Source: Parcubacteria group bacterium
GTDB taxonomy: Bacteria > Patescibacteriota > Minisyncoccia > Moranbacterales > UBA2206
Direction: 5' to 3'
Assembly (NCBI GenBank): GCA_041659505.1
Contig: JBAZYF010000002.1
Span: 115,966-179,965, forward strand
Length of the DNA stretch: 64,000 bases
Part shown: piece by piece, positions 19,659 to 30,709 of the stretch
Layout: every line of letters starts with the position of its first letter
How positions within the stretch are numbered: position 1 is the first letter of the stretch
Translations under genes and position numbers: made by a program
Notes under the pieces: model-generated
Seen by the model: only the letters and a program-made list of their open reading frames with translations
What the model was told of the DNA's origin: nothing
The model's database searches: none

Positions 19659-20705
19659 TTATTGCTTCCAATTCTCCCGACTCATCTCCGCCTGATTGAA
19701 TATTCCCACAAATTTGCCCCAAGCATAAACGATGAGTGTCACCCAGCAAGCCGGAAGGTGAAAAAACCAAGCCCTGTCTTTTTTTCTTGAGTAACCAATC
19801 AGCGCTTGCCCAAACAAGGGAAAAATCAAAACCGTATAGAGCAAAAATCGCAAAAGTCCCAGCGATGATTCTCCGCCAATTTCAAATTTGCTCCAATCAA
19901 ACACGCGTGACTTGTTTTTTTTGTGAAAGGTGTAATCCTTAATCCGTCTTTTTTGCTTCCTGATGAATTTGCCAAAATCCGCTTCGCAAAAAGTGTGGAT
20001 GATGCCAACTTTGACTTTGGCAATTTGAATCGCACCGCACTCGGCGATTTCCTTGGCAATCACGTCGATGTCAAACAGATATTTCCCGGTGTTGATTTTT
20101 TGCAAAAAAGCGGTGCGAAAAATTGTGCCGTTCGCGCCGACAGTCGGGATACCAGCCTTGGTTAATTTAATTTTGAGATAATCACCGCAATCAATTTCCT
20201 CGTGTGGCACCGCCGTCCATTTTTGGGTCAGATAGTTCCAACGATCATAATTGCCTAAAAATAGGCAGACGGGGTCGTTCATTCCAATTAGCGCGCAGTA
20301 ACGTTCAATGTAACCGCCTTCACGACGCCAAGTATAGCTGATCGGTTCAGATAGCATAATTTCTTGGTCCGCGAAAGGTGCCACCATTTTTTTCAGCCAC
20401 CCGGTGTCAGGCAAAAAATTATCCGAATCCAACGTCAGTGCCAGTTCATTTTTCGCCTCGCGCAAGGCCACCGCTTTCCCAGACTCGGCAGTTTTCAAAG
20501 GATTAGGAAAAACTTTTCCGCCATACTTTTTAACAATCTCCACTGTTGCGTCAGTCGATCCGCCATCGCCAACCAAAAACTCGAGCCTATCTTTGGGATA
20601 GTCCTGCTCAAATAGGCGACGCAAACATTCATCCAGCGTCAACTGCGCGTTGAGCGTCGCCATATAGACACTAATTGTCGGCAAATTATTTTCCATATCT
20701 AGCAA
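19659..20705 (-). CDS. GT2 glycosyltransferase with C-terminal TM helices
   Basis: QDYP, DGGSTDAT and LDSD. Confidence 0.88.
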   Translation of the reverse strand: MLDMENNLPTISVYMATLNAQLTLDECLRRLFEQDYPKDRLEFLVGDGGSTDATVEIVKKYGGKVFPNPLKTAESGKAVALREAKNELALTLDSDNFLPDTGWLKKMVAPFADQEIMLSEPISYTWRREGGYIERYCALIGMNDPVCLFLGNYDRWNYLTQKWTAVPHEEIDCGDYLKIKLTKAGIPTVGANGTIFRTAFLQKINTGKYLFDIDVIAKEIAECGAIQIAKVKVGIIHTFCEADFGKFIRKQKRRIKDYTFHKKNKSRVFDWSKFEIGGESSLGLLRFLLYTVLIFPLFGQALIGYSRKKDRAWFFHLPACWVTLIVYAWGKFVGIFNQAEMSRENWKQ

Positions 20706-22174
20706 TTTTCTTTTTTCGTTTTGGAAAAATCAATCATCTTTCCCAGCCATTTCCAGCCGGCTACAAAGAGAAATTTCAAATCACCCCAATTGCGAATGGA
20801 TATTAATTTCCGCCAGATAAATTGCGGGCTGGCAAATGACTTATACAGCCCCTGCACCAGATCTTTTGCTTCAAGGGAGCTGATCTGCGCTTTCATCACC
20901 ATTTCCCGCTGGTCATAGTGGGCATAGTCTAGCGTGCGCAATAAATCATTTTCGGCGCAATATTTGTGGAGCGGCGTGCCTGGGTAGGGAATGACGATCG
21001 TGCCCTGCAAGGTGTCGACATAACCTTCTTTGAATAATTTTTTGGCGAGTGCAATTGTGCGCTCGGCCATCTCTTTCGTTTCCCAAGGATAACCGATCAT
21101 GGCTGTGATATGCGGTTCTAGTCCGGCCTCTTTGCACAGCCTGAGTCCCGGCTCAATTTCTTCCACTTTGAGATTTTTGTCGATCCGATCCAGCGTTTCT
21201 TGATTGGCCGATTCCAGTCCGAAAAGAATGAAGCGAAAGCCGGCTTTTTTCATCATAGCCCAAATTTTTGGATCGCGAATTCCTGTGATGCGCATATTGC
21301 AACTCATCGTAATTTTTTTATTGTACCCTCGCTCAATCATCCCGTTGCAAAAATCTTCCAGCCATTGCCCGATGGGAAGCGAACCGGAATCTTCCATAAT
21401 TTCCCGCACACCCAGTTTGATCAAATTTTCCACTTCAGCCAGCGCTTTTTGCGCTGACATCGTGCGAAAACTCTTGCCCGGAAAAAGCGTCGTCCAAGAA
21501 CAGAAAGTACAGCGCCCCCACCAACAATCCCGCCCGCTCATGAGGTATGCGCCAGGAGTATACTTGAAATTGCCATTTTTGTAGGCATACAGTTTCCATT
21601 TCGTCAGCTCACGATCGATGAGTGGCAAATCATTGAGGTTGTGCTTGGATAGATCGGCTGGTCCGGAATTAACAATTTTTTGCGCGCCGTCGCGAAACCA
21701 AAATCCCCCTTCTAATATCTCGCCATTTTTTAAATGATTCGCCAGATTCAAAAGCATAAAATCATAATCCCCGCTCACCAGCACAAAATCAACCAGCGAC
21801 TCGCGCAGAGACTCTTCCGGAAAAGCCGTCACATGATCGCCCATCAGGACTATTTTCGCCTTAGGCAATTTGGTTTTGAGCTTGGCAATGATCTCCCAAT
21901 GCATTTTCACCACTGGTGTTTTTGTCTCAAGGGCAATCAGATCCGGCGCCTCAGCAACTATTCTTTTTTCCCAAGCTTCATAATCCAAACCTTCCGCAAT
22001 GCCCTCGTCCCAAAAAACGTCATAGCCGTTCTTTTTGAGAAGAGACGCCGCATAAGCGGGAATGACGGGATAGATAAAGGTTGGGGTGCTAAACCACTGA
22101 AACTGACGATTTTGACCAAGACAAGCAACGCCCTTTCCTGATTTCAAGGGCGGATAAGAAATAGCGATTTTCAT
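20699..22174 (-). CDS. B12-binding radical SAM protein
   Basis: GRDCWWGRCTFC cluster motif, N-terminal B12-binding-like domain, FGLESA, MIGYPWET and PYPGT. Confidence 0.88.
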   Translation of the reverse strand: MKIAISYPPLKSGKGVACLGQNRQFQWFSTPTFIYPVIPAYAASLLKKNGYDVFWDEGIAEGLDYEAWEKRIVAEAPDLIALETKTPVVKMHWEIIAKLKTKLPKAKIVLMGDHVTAFPEESLRESLVDFVLVSGDYDFMLLNLANHLKNGEILEGGFWFRDGAQKIVNSGPADLSKHNLNDLPLIDRELTKWKLYAYKNGNFKYTPGAYLMSGRDCWWGRCTFCSWTTLFPGKSFRTMSAQKALAEVENLIKLGVREIMEDSGSLPIGQWLEDFCNGMIERGYNKKITMSCNMRITGIRDPKIWAMMKKAGFRFILFGLESANQETLDRIDKNLKVEEIEPGLRLCKEAGLEPHITAMIGYPWETKEMAERTIALAKKLFKEGYVDTLQGTIVIPYPGTPLHKYCAENDLLRTLDYAHYDQREMVMKAQISSLEAKDLVQGLYKSFASPQFIWRKLISIRNWGDLKFLFVAGWKWLGKMIDFSKTKKENC

Positions 22175-22182
22175 GAGGTCTC

Positions 22183-22271
22183 TACGAAATACGAGTCCGT
22201 ACCTACCTGCCGGTGGCTCACCGCCAAAAACTATGGCCGACGGAGCGCAGACAGGCGAATATACGAATCCG
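22183..22271. repeat. Nested small repeats: TACGAAT units interrupted by a CCTACCTGCCG...GCAGACAGG palindrome that carries a further insert
   Basis: Read directly; see finding. Confidence 0.7.
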
Positions 22272-22366
22272 CTTTGATCAAGTTATAAATTAAAAAAACG
22301 ACTTCTAGGTTTCATTTTCTATAATAAACCAAAATGCTATTTTCTCCAAGGCTCTAAAAACACTTA

Positions 22367-23362
22367 CTAACGCATCTTGCTTTTAAGCTCTCGCGTGAAA
22401 AGAAAACCTTGCAAAAATCTTGCTCCGTAGACTAGATGTGTAAGAAAAACATACATCAGAGCATAGAGCGCTATCGGTAAATTTTTTTGACGACGCGTGA
22501 TATCAAAAAGGACAATGAGCATCGCCAGGCTATACATGATCCAGCCCAAAAGATAGAGAATTTCAAAAAAAACAAAAAAATGGCCAAGAATCAGTCCGAT
22601 AAAAACAAACAGAAAAAAAGCACTGGGGATGAAATAGCGGAATTTGAAGGAAGTTTTGGGATATTTTTTGGCAAAAAATCCGCGATGAATCCCATATCCT
22701 CCTATCTGTTTCAAGTGTCGCAAGAGCCCCTCGCGCCGATGATGCCAAACGATCACCGCTGGATCATAAAGAATCTTGTTATTTTCCTTGAGTTTATCAA
22801 TCACATCCAGACAAAATTTTGTGTCTTCCCCTGGCCAAAAATTACAATCAAAACCGCCTGCCTTGAGAAAGGCGCTCTTACGCACGGTCAGATTGACAGT
22901 CGGCCAGTCAGAAACTAGATGTTTTTCTCCCACTGGAACATAGCGCTCAGGAAAGCCGCCAGAAAGTTGACTGAGAAAGACCGCTCCGGAAACTTTTTGC
23001 AAAAAACTGTCCGATCCGGGAGTGATCGCCGGACCGCCGACAGCAGCGATACTTTCATCGGAAAAATCTTGATCTAAGATATTCAAAATGTCTTTACGCG
23101 GATAAGCATCATCGTCGATAAAAACTAAAAATTCACCCTGCGCATCGCGCACGGCCAAATTTCTTTTCACGGCCGGACCGCGACCACTGCCAATCTGCCT
23201 GGTTTTTGGCCAAGCTTCTGCCGTTTCCAGACCTTCGTCCGGATAAATAATAATTTCGTAGTCATCTCGCGAAATCTCCAGAATCTTCGGCACTGATTCG
23301 CGAATATAGTCGTTGACAACTTTAACCGGAATGATGAAACTGTATTTTATCAAATTAGCCAT
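22367..23362 (-). CDS. GT2 glycosyltransferase with C-terminal TM helices
   Basis: SFIIPVK, FIDDDAYP, GEDTKF and VWHHRR; start refined to MANLIK. Confidence 0.88.
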   Translation of the reverse strand: MANLIKYSFIIPVKVVNDYIRESVPKILEISRDDYEIIIYPDEGLETAEAWPKTRQIGSGRGPAVKRNLAVRDAQGEFLVFIDDDAYPRKDILNILDQDFSDESIAAVGGPAITPGSDSFLQKVSGAVFLSQLSGGFPERYVPVGEKHLVSDWPTVNLTVRKSAFLKAGGFDCNFWPGEDTKFCLDVIDKLKENNKILYDPAVIVWHHRREGLLRHLKQIGGYGIHRGFFAKKYPKTSFKFRYFIPSAFFLFVFIGLILGHFFVFFEILYLLGWIMYSLAMLIVLFDITRRQKNLPIALYALMYVFLTHLVYGARFLQGFLFTRELKSKMR

Positions 23363-23367
23363 TTTTT

Positions 23368-23432
23368 GAGGTTTACGCACTCACCCTGCTTACTTCCATA
23401 TTATACACCCACCAAACAAAATTGCGAAACTC
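23368..23432. repeat. Degenerate GACTTACGC-family element
   Basis: GAGGTTTACGCA...TGCGAAACTC; minus strand GGTGAGTGCGTAAACCTC resembles the right end of 46631-46816. Confidence 0.45.
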
Positions 23433-23439
23433 TCCGTGC

Positions 23440-26191
23440 TTATTTTTTCAAATACGCGAGATTCGCCAAAAGCAACTCCTTCCCTTCCGGAGTGACTATT
23501 TTGGCAGTGGCAGTTTCGAGGTGCTTTTCCAAAAGCGCGATCTCCAAACTGATTTGTCTCTCCAGTCCCGAAATCAGTGCTAAACGCAGTTTACTATTGA
23601 GCGCATAAGCGCAGTTTTCAATCCCCAAAAGGAGCTCTTGGGAAATCTTGAGACTCAGGAGATGGGCGGAAAGAAACTTTTTCTCTGTTTGAGTTTTGAT
23701 CAGTTTTTGCGCAAAATAGTAATCAATATTTTTTAGTATCGCTCCCGCATCGGTCACAACTTCCACCGAACGTTCCGCTGTTCCGACGTTCCCCGCGTCA
23801 TCTTTCGCCACGATTTTCAAACCGTGCGTTCCTGGTTTTTGCAAACGCAGATCAATTTCGTTTTTTGCCAAAATTGCATTATCCCAAAAAATTTCCGCCG
23901 TAATTTTGTCCGCTTGAGATTGATTATCGCTAAGTGAGTACTCAATTTTAAGCACCCGATCGTTGGGATATTTTTTATTTTCTTTTGGATTCTGAATTTC
24001 AACTGTCGGCGCTTCCCTGTCACTATTTTCATCAATCAGTTTTCCCTCTTTAATTTCAACTGTTTTTTCCTCCGTCTCCCCTGCCACAGCCGTGCCAAAA
24101 ATTTTTGCAGTTGATTCTTCCGCCACCCCGTCGCTACGCTCCGAAATCTTGGCTACCTCCACGCGGTAATCACCGCCATTTCCCGTCCCTTCGGTGATGA
24201 TTTGATATTCTCCGGTTGACACCGGATCAGGAATAGTGATAAATTCATTTTCAATTCCATTGTAGCCCGTATAATATGCTCCTTTGATCTGATTTATGTC
24301 TTCAAGCGGTCGGATCTTTTTCCCTGCCCAATGCAACCCATCTGGCGCGATGATTTGAACGTCGATGGGAGAATACACAGAAACAATTAAAAGATTTTTA
24401 ATTAATGAATCATCATTTTCTCCAGTTGGCCTAACTCCGGTAAGCAATTCGAGTATGTCTTTTTGCGCTTTTGTTGGAAGATCAACATGCGCAGCATTAA
24501 TTTCGACATATTCATCACTAGGTATATTTTCACTTTTGGCTGATTCGAGTGGAACGGTTCCGTCTCCAATGCCCTTTGTTAATCCTCTATCTCCAATAAG
24601 TGGAATCTCAAAACCAAGAGGGTAACCATGATCCCAATACTTGCCCATTTCTGGAGCGTCAATAACTTTGAATCCAACTATTGTGCCCTCATCACTTCCA
24701 GCTTTTCCAACTATTTTATCAAATTCGATATAATTTAATTTGCCTTTTTTCTCTGCACTGTTCAAGTTTTCTAAAAAAATATTCTCAGGATAGTCTAATG
24801 GGTAAATTTTATAGACGTCGTCATTCTCAACATCTTGCAAATAATTATACACTGGTAACAATTCTTGCAGTGAAGCGATTGGTCTTTGATGGATATAGTC
24901 AAAAAGATCGGCATACTCAGGATTTCTTGCTTCCTGCGCTTCTTGTGTCAATATATGTTTCGTATACATATCCGACAAATCCCAAAACCAGCCATCTCCA
25001 TCCCATTTCAAATATGCCCCCGGCGCCCCGTTCTGTGGTGTTCCAAGCGTAACTAGTTGATCAATATCATCAGCATAATAATCTGATTCTACATATTCGC
25101 GAGCCAGTAGTCCTCCCATTGAATGCGCCACGATGTCCACTTTTGGCCAATTATTTTGCGTTGTAATGTCTTGGATTTTTTGCGCCAGAAGTTTTGCATT
25201 TTCAATATTGCTATCGCGCCACTCATAAGGCAACTCAAATAAATCCCTATCTGGGACATACCCATTATCCACAAACTCCTTGTAGAGATTATCATAAGTA
25301 TGCAAAATCAGATCCATTCGCCATTCGCCATCTTTTTTTTTGTGAACCCAAAATTCCAGGAATAAGCAGCACTGGATCTTGATATTTTTCCTCCGTGAGA
25401 TGATAGGAGCAGTCAATATTTTCATTGATTGCCTGGAATTCACCATCGCCAAGGTCAAGCACTTTTTCCGGACCAGTACTTTTTCCCCACCAATTGTAGC
25501 GAAAATCTGCCATTACTCCATCTTCACCCTTGGAACAAAACACGTCTCCGGTGGCATTGTAAGAAAAAAATGTTCGATTAACTTTCACATCTTCTCCTTT
25601 TTCCAGACTAGCCATTATACCCAGATTGTTATCATGGATACGACTTCCGGAAATTCTTAACCTTGAGCCATACCAAGCCATAATTGCCCCAGTTGGACTG
25701 TCGGCATAAACAGTACTAACAAATGGATTAAAAAACATCTGTGGCGTATAGCTTCCTCCACCACTAATATCAGCATTCATAATACTCGCTTCTCCGCCAT
25801 CTTCGATATTTATTGAATAAGCGAATCTAGGATTAGTCTCTTCCGTTTTCTGAAAGATAACAGGGTTTTTTTGTGTTCCCTTCACGAATAATTTTCCCGC
25901 CACGTTTAAAGAAGATCTTCTGTCAAATGTCACTTTCACGCCACCTTTAATCACAAGCGTTGCCCCAGCCTCAACAGACACTGTTCCTTCGATGAATTTG
26001 TCCGATGTCCATTCCACATAACCCTTGATATCATCCGGACTCTCCTCCTCTCCTCTAACAAAGTCTCTAACGTCATATTTTTTCAATCCGATATTTTCTT
26101 TCCCAAAAAACGCTACCTGAAATGGCGAAATTGGTGCTAAGCTTAAAATTAAAGTCAATAAAAAAATACTTATTACTCGTACCCTCTTCAT
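23440..26191 (-). pseudogene. Secreted beta-helix + alpha/beta hydrolase (LCAT/PGAP1-like lipase) + Ig-like protein split by one extra base in an A9 tract
   Basis: The upstream ORF (25292-26191) ends just after DPVLLIPGILGS. The downstream ORF (23440-25458) carries IVAHSMGG, LGTP and GDGTVP. Removing one A at 25333-25341 fuses them into about 916 aa. Confidence 0.85.
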
Positions 26192-26454
26192 TTTTGTGAG
26201 AAATATTTAATTATTAAATATATATTGATTATTGGCCAAATTAAAAGAGCAAAATATCCCAACCATTTCACATCATAAAAATCAAACATCATTGAACCAA
26301 TGTTCAACAAGAAGCTCAAATTTCCTAAAACTGAAAAAACGACCAACGCTAAAAATTTCTTTTTAGTCGTCGCCAAAATTATCAGCGCAACAAGCACAGA
26401 CAAACCCAAAAGGCCTAGGCTCAACTTCAAGTCAAATGTTGGATCAGAAAACAT
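26188..26454 (-). CDS. 88-aa three-TM membrane protein, translationally coupled to the lipase gene
   Basis: Three hydrophobic segments; ATGA overlap with the lipase start at 26191. Confidence 0.7.
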   Translation of the reverse strand: MFSDPTFDLKLSLGLLGLSVLVALIILATTKKKFLALVVFSVLGNLSFLLNIGSMMFDFYDVKWLGYFALLIWPIINIYLIIKYFSQK

Positions 26455-26466
26455 ACTTTTTTTTGC

Positions 26467-26504
26467 AAAACTTCCTCCGTCAAAACATTTGCCGGGGAGT
26501 TTTT
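26467..26504 (-). terminator. Imperfect hairpin after the UDP-GlcA decarboxylase gene
   Basis: AAAACTTCCTCCG...CGGGGAGTTTT. Confidence 0.4.
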
Positions 26505-26545
26505 CATTTTAATTTTTATTACGCACTTTATATTAAAAACTTTTT

Positions 26546-27487
26546 CTACAATTCAATACTCTTGAAATATTCAATCGTTTTTTGCAGACCGGCTTCCAAT
26601 TGCACCGTCGGCTCCCAATCTAGTTCTTTTTTGGCAAGAGAAATGTCCGGTTTTCGCTGGCGCGGATCATCTTGGGGTAAAGGTTTGAAAATAATCTTGC
26701 TTTTGCTTTCCGGAATCATCGCAATCACTTTTTCCGCCAATTCCTTAATGGTAAACTCGATCGGATTGCCAATATTCACCGGGCCGACAAAACCCTGCTC
26801 GTTGTTCATCATTTTCACCATGCCGGAAATCAAATCATCGACATATTGAAAACTGCGCGTCTGTGAGCCGTCGCCATAAATCGTGATGTCTTCATTTTTC
26901 AAAGCTTGGACGATGAAATTGGAAACCACCCGGCCATCGTGCGGGTGCATATTCGGTCCATAGGTGTTGAAAATGCGAATGACGCGGATCGGCAAATTGT
27001 GCTGGCGGTAATAGTCGAAAAAGAGAGTCTCAGCGCAACGCTTGCCTTCATCATAGCAAGAACGGATCCCGATCGGATTGACCCGCCCCCAATAACTTTC
27101 CACTTGCGGATGCACCTCTGGGTCGCCATAGACTTCGGAAGTGGACGCTTGCAAAATCCGCGCTTTTGTCCGCTTGGCGAGGCCTAGCATATTGATTGCG
27201 CCGTGGACAGATGTTTTGGTCGTCTGCACCGGATCAAACTGATAGTGAATTGGCGAGGCCGGACAAGCGAGGTTATAGATCTGATCAACTTCGACGTAGA
27301 GCGGAAAAGTCACATCGTGGCGCAGAAACTCGAATTTTTTGTTTTCCAAAAGATCCAAAATATTATTTTTATTGCCGGTGAAAAAGTTGTCCACGCACAA
27401 GACTTCATTTCCTTCCGCCAACAGTTTGCGACAAAGATGCGAACCAATAAATCCGGCTCCGCCGGTTACGAGAATTTTTTTGGACAT
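26546..27487 (-). CDS. uxs: UDP-glucuronate decarboxylase (UDP-xylose synthase)
   Basis: [40 protein letters not shown] and DGRVVSNF. Confidence 0.95.
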   Translation of the reverse strand: MSKKILVTGGAGFIGSHLCRKLLAEGNEVLCVDNFFTGNKNNILDLLENKKFEFLRHDVTFPLYVEVDQIYNLACPASPIHYQFDPVQTTKTSVHGAINMLGLAKRTKARILQASTSEVYGDPEVHPQVESYWGRVNPIGIRSCYDEGKRCAETLFFDYYRQHNLPIRVIRIFNTYGPNMHPHDGRVVSNFIVQALKNEDITIYGDGSQTRSFQYVDDLISGMVKMMNNEQGFVGPVNIGNPIEFTIKELAEKVIAMIPESKSKIIFKPLPQDDPRQRKPDISLAKKELDWEPTVQLEAGLQKTIEYFKSIEL

Positions 27488-27512
27488 AAAAAATTTTAAA
27501 TATTTATAATTT

Positions 27513-28967
27513 CTAGTTTACCGCCAAACCGGAAGGTCCGGCTGGCGCAATCTCATCACCAAGCTCTGTGGAGAAAGGACTTTCATCCGCTCCAATATCC
27601 CAAGGAACGGTGCGCGTATCGCCGTCAATATCAACTGAAAAACTCAAATGAGCATCACTAGCCAAATTCGATCCGGCATCAATCGCTGCGGTGTCAGTGT
27701 CATCCAGATGAAAGTCTTCTGCATCCGTGGTCAAATCTGTGAAAGTTAATGTTTGTGAATCAATATTATGGCTGCCCGGAGTATCATCCAAATCGCTTAT
27801 ATTATACTCCGACGCTAAATCAAACGATCCGGTACCACCATAACCGATGCCACAGTTTTGCGCAATATTATTTTTAGCCACAATAGTGCCCAAATCGACT
27901 TGAAAACAAACATCCTCGCCACCCAGAGTTGCAAAGGCGCCATAAACGGTGTTGTTGTAGGCATAGAGCGTATTGGACTCACCAATCAGATAAATTCCGC
28001 CTTCACTGAAGCCGGAAATAATATTATTCCAAACCTTATACGTTCCCGTCTCAGTTCCCGTAGCCATGATGCCATAGCTGGTCCAGCCTTCCGCTGGTGC
28101 TTTTATGATGCAATTACTTATCCTGGTCAGTCCGGAAATGTTGGCCAGGGAAACACCAATCGTATTCCCAGTTCCCATATTATCATCCAAAATTTGCAAA
28201 CCATCCAGCCAGACATTTGGACCGCCAATATTGATCGGCGGGTCACTCTGATTATCCCCATCAACAGAATGAACTGCTAGCGTATATTTACCCGTCTCAC
28301 CCCAGACTCCTGCGTGCCGCTGACTTGTGCCTACTTGCGTCGTCAGGTTAGGTGTAAATATTTTAATGAAACGAGTATCATCTGTCGTCCAACCACCAAC
28401 CATCACGACTCCAGCGCTAACATCATCTTCTGCGTCACCATAACAAGCAATGTTCCATTGCAGATCGCCCGCCACCAAATCATTACCCAGATCATTGGCA
28501 GTAGCATCACCTCCAGCCGTCCAGTCATCAAAGTTAGCCACCGTCGAATCAAAAGCTAAACTTTCAATTCCTGCTTCAGCATCAACAAGTGATGTATAGG
28601 CACGATAAACACTAACAACCTGCGTAGCGCTGGCGCTATGCGGAGCCCCGCCAGTCGAAGACTGAACGGAAAAAACGGAGCTGGAAGTTCGACCAGTGAT
28701 AAAAGCCAAATAGACTGTTCCGGAAATATCATATTGCAAAACATCACCTACTCCAACATTATTCGGCATCGCATCAGAAAAAGTTGCCGTTGTGCCGGAA
28801 ATTGTCACTGTTTCGTGCGTTGTGTTTAGATTGGTAGTATTGGCTGGTCCGACCGAACGATAAATTTGCGTCGCTGCGCTTGCCGAAAAAGAAAAAGACA
28901 GACCGCCTAAAAGTAGAAAAGAAAAAAAACATAATTCTAGTACTTTTTTTTGTGTTTCTTTTTTCAT
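27513..28967 (-). CDS. Secreted right-handed beta-helix protein with DIGADE motif and C-terminal [11 protein letters not shown] tail
   Basis: Signal peptide from MKKETQKK (start refined), NN-ladder repeats (VWNNII, AYNNTV, AKNNIA) and DIDGDTR..WDIGADE. Confidence 0.8.
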   Translation of the reverse strand: MKKETQKKVLELCFFSFLLLGGLSFSFSASAATQIYRSVGPANTTNLNTTHETVTISGTTATFSDAMPNNVGVGDVLQYDISGTVYLAFITGRTSSSVFSVQSSTGGAPHSASATQVVSVYRAYTSLVDAEAGIESLAFDSTVANFDDWTAGGDATANDLGNDLVAGDLQWNIACYGDAEDDVSAGVVMVGGWTTDDTRFIKIFTPNLTTQVGTSQRHAGVWGETGKYTLAVHSVDGDNQSDPPINIGGPNVWLDGLQILDDNMGTGNTIGVSLANISGLTRISNCIIKAPAEGWTSYGIMATGTETGTYKVWNNIISGFSEGGIYLIGESNTLYAYNNTVYGAFATLGGEDVCFQVDLGTIVAKNNIAQNCGIGYGGTGSFDLASEYNISDLDDTPGSHNIDSQTLTFTDLTTDAEDFHLDDTDTAAIDAGSNLASDAHLSFSVDIDGDTRTVPWDIGADESPFSTELGDEIAPAGPSGLAVN

Positions 28968-29044
28968 CTTTTTTATAATTAAAAAGCTTAACTTATTTGA
29001 AGTAATTATACTCCATATTAGACCAAAATGGCAAGTAAAAATAC

Positions 29045-29079
29045 AAAAGGGACTTTTCCGTTTCAGAAAAATCCCTTTT
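29045..29079. terminator. Hairpin AAAAGGGA...TCCCTTTT downstream of the Fn3 gene
   Basis: Inverted repeat with flanking A/T tracts. Confidence 0.55.
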
Positions 29080-29103
29080 ATCGTGTTGCAAAACAAACCA
29101 TCT

Positions 29104-29973
29104 TCATGGACAAGACGATGTGCCCACGTTAGACGCAAAGATTATCTTTTTTATCCTTAAGGATTCAAACAGCGGCAATCTTGACACATTTTTATATGAA
29201 TATGCATTGGCGCTGACAAATCCGATTACACTGCAATCAGGACTAAAATCAGCGCTAACGAGATCGATAACCAAATCTCGATTAAACGTGTGCCACTGAC
29301 CATCATTGAATAACCCCAACCCGAACGTTGCTATGGTCGCCGTGTGAGAATTAAGCTCGGGATCGATATATTTGTACTGCATCGTAGCGTTTACCGTGGA
29401 ATTATCAGGAAGTAAAACGGAAAGTATAATCGAGATATAGGGGAGATAGCTTCCCGTCCCTGCCGCTAAAACTTCCACGTACATCTGGGTATTTTTCAGG
29501 TCGAGTCCAGTCAAGCTAGTCTTATTTTGACTGGCTGAGGTGGCGGTACCGCTAGTGCCAAAAAGTACTTCTTCGACACCATCGAGTCCATCAATAAGAG
29601 CACTACCCCTGACTTTTGTCCAGTTGTCATGGGCACCATTGCCCTCGACAACATTAACAACCAATTCGGTAGAAAAAGCCGACTCAATATTATCACCATA
29701 AGCCGTAACGGCGAAATATTGGTTAATGCCCTCCTCAAATTCCATCCCGATATCCGCCAAGTCAATCATTGTGACATTCCCAACATCCACCGGTGGACCA
29801 TAGACGCCAGACTCCGTTCCGCGATAGAGCTTATAGCCCAATACGGCCGGATCATTGTTTGGACACCACGCCAATTTGACACTAGTCAAAATTGTGGCGC
29901 TAGCATTCACCGTCAGTATTGACAAAACTAAAAAAACGACCAAAGATCCAAAAAACCGATTTCTTTTCCTCAT
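29104..29973 (-). CDS. Secreted protein with N-terminal fibronectin type III domain lacking strand A
   Basis: Signal peptide ending NASA; SVKLAW..GYKLYRG..YFAVTAY..ESAFS; GGGAGG RBS. Confidence 0.8.
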   Translation of the reverse strand: MRKRNRFFGSLVVFLVLSILTVNASATILTSVKLAWCPNNDPAVLGYKLYRGTESGVYGPPVDVGNVTMIDLADIGMEFEEGINQYFAVTAYGDNIESAFSTELVVNVVEGNGAHDNWTKVRGSALIDGLDGVEEVLFGTSGTATSASQNKTSLTGLDLKNTQMYVEVLAAGTGSYLPYISIILSVLLPDNSTVNATMQYKYIDPELNSHTATIATFGLGLFNDGQWHTFNRDLVIDLVSADFSPDCSVIGFVSANAYSYKNVSRLPLFESLRIKKIIFASNVGTSSCP

Positions 29974-30156
29974 GGCTATTTCCTCCCTCTATTTTGAAGT
30001 TTTTTGTTTTTTTATGAAAATAAAAAAAGCAGACCTAAAAACACAAGCCTCCTTCTTGTTTTTTTGTTTTTTTATCTTGTTTAGTAAAGAGCCATTTCTT
30101 TGTTCAATGATAGTATATTTCCCGCTATAAATCAAGGGGATTCCCCCGTACCAAAA

Positions 30157-30654
30157 TTATTCAAATTTCACCCGCAATTTTTTTCCCAGATACCGCTCAT
30201 AGTTATCCGGGCTATTGATGTATTGAATGTCAAAATGATGGCTGATGCGGTAGCTGATGAAATAGGATTTCACTGGTGTATCGTCAATAATCACATCCGC
30301 CACCAGATGGAAAAATACCCCCAAAGCCAAGGCCAAAAATACAGTTTTGGCTAATTTACTCTTGAGCAAATAGACCAAGAGCAAGAAAATAAGCACATAT
30401 TCCCAACCATGAAAAAACACATAAATCTTGCCTGATTTCAGAAATTGGTAACCATTTTGGAAATATTCCCATTGCCAATTCCAGCCAAAAGCCAGGAAAT
30501 AGTCAATGAAATGATCCAGGTCAATCAGAAATCCACCCAAAAAACCGAATGAAAATGCCCAAAACGGCTTTTTCCAAATGCGCCACGCGATAAGACCAGC
30601 CAAGAGGCTAAAAAACAAATGGATCGAAAGATGCACCGGTAAAGATAAATTCAT
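30157..30654 (-). CDS. Membrane-bound metal-dependent hydrolase (YdjM-like)
   Basis: IDLDH, FFHGWE and FHLVAD motifs with TM helices. Confidence 0.7.
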   Translation of the reverse strand: MNLSLPVHLSIHLFFSLLAGLIAWRIWKKPFWAFSFGFLGGFLIDLDHFIDYFLAFGWNWQWEYFQNGYQFLKSGKIYVFFHGWEYVLIFLLLVYLLKSKLAKTVFLALALGVFFHLVADVIIDDTPVKSYFISYRISHHFDIQYINSPDNYERYLGKKLRVKFE

Positions 30655-30709
30655 AAAAAATATAGCTTAATTTACTTCTTAAGCATAATATATTAGAATT
30701 AAAAACACA

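Noticed and set aside
25342-25458. N-terminus MTLAMVNSRQ... of the 672-aa ORF as an independent gene start
   Set aside because: It is an out-of-frame overlap with the upstream half of the same frameshifted gene.
28968-29138. N-terminal extension of the 541-aa ORF
   Set aside because: It spans a terminator and a TATAAT box; the signal peptide begins at ATG 28967.
27559-29685. Shared ES(A/P)FSTEL peptide in the beta-helix and Fn3 proteins as a DNA duplication
   Set aside because: The codons differ throughout, and an 8-aa match is too short to separate from chance.
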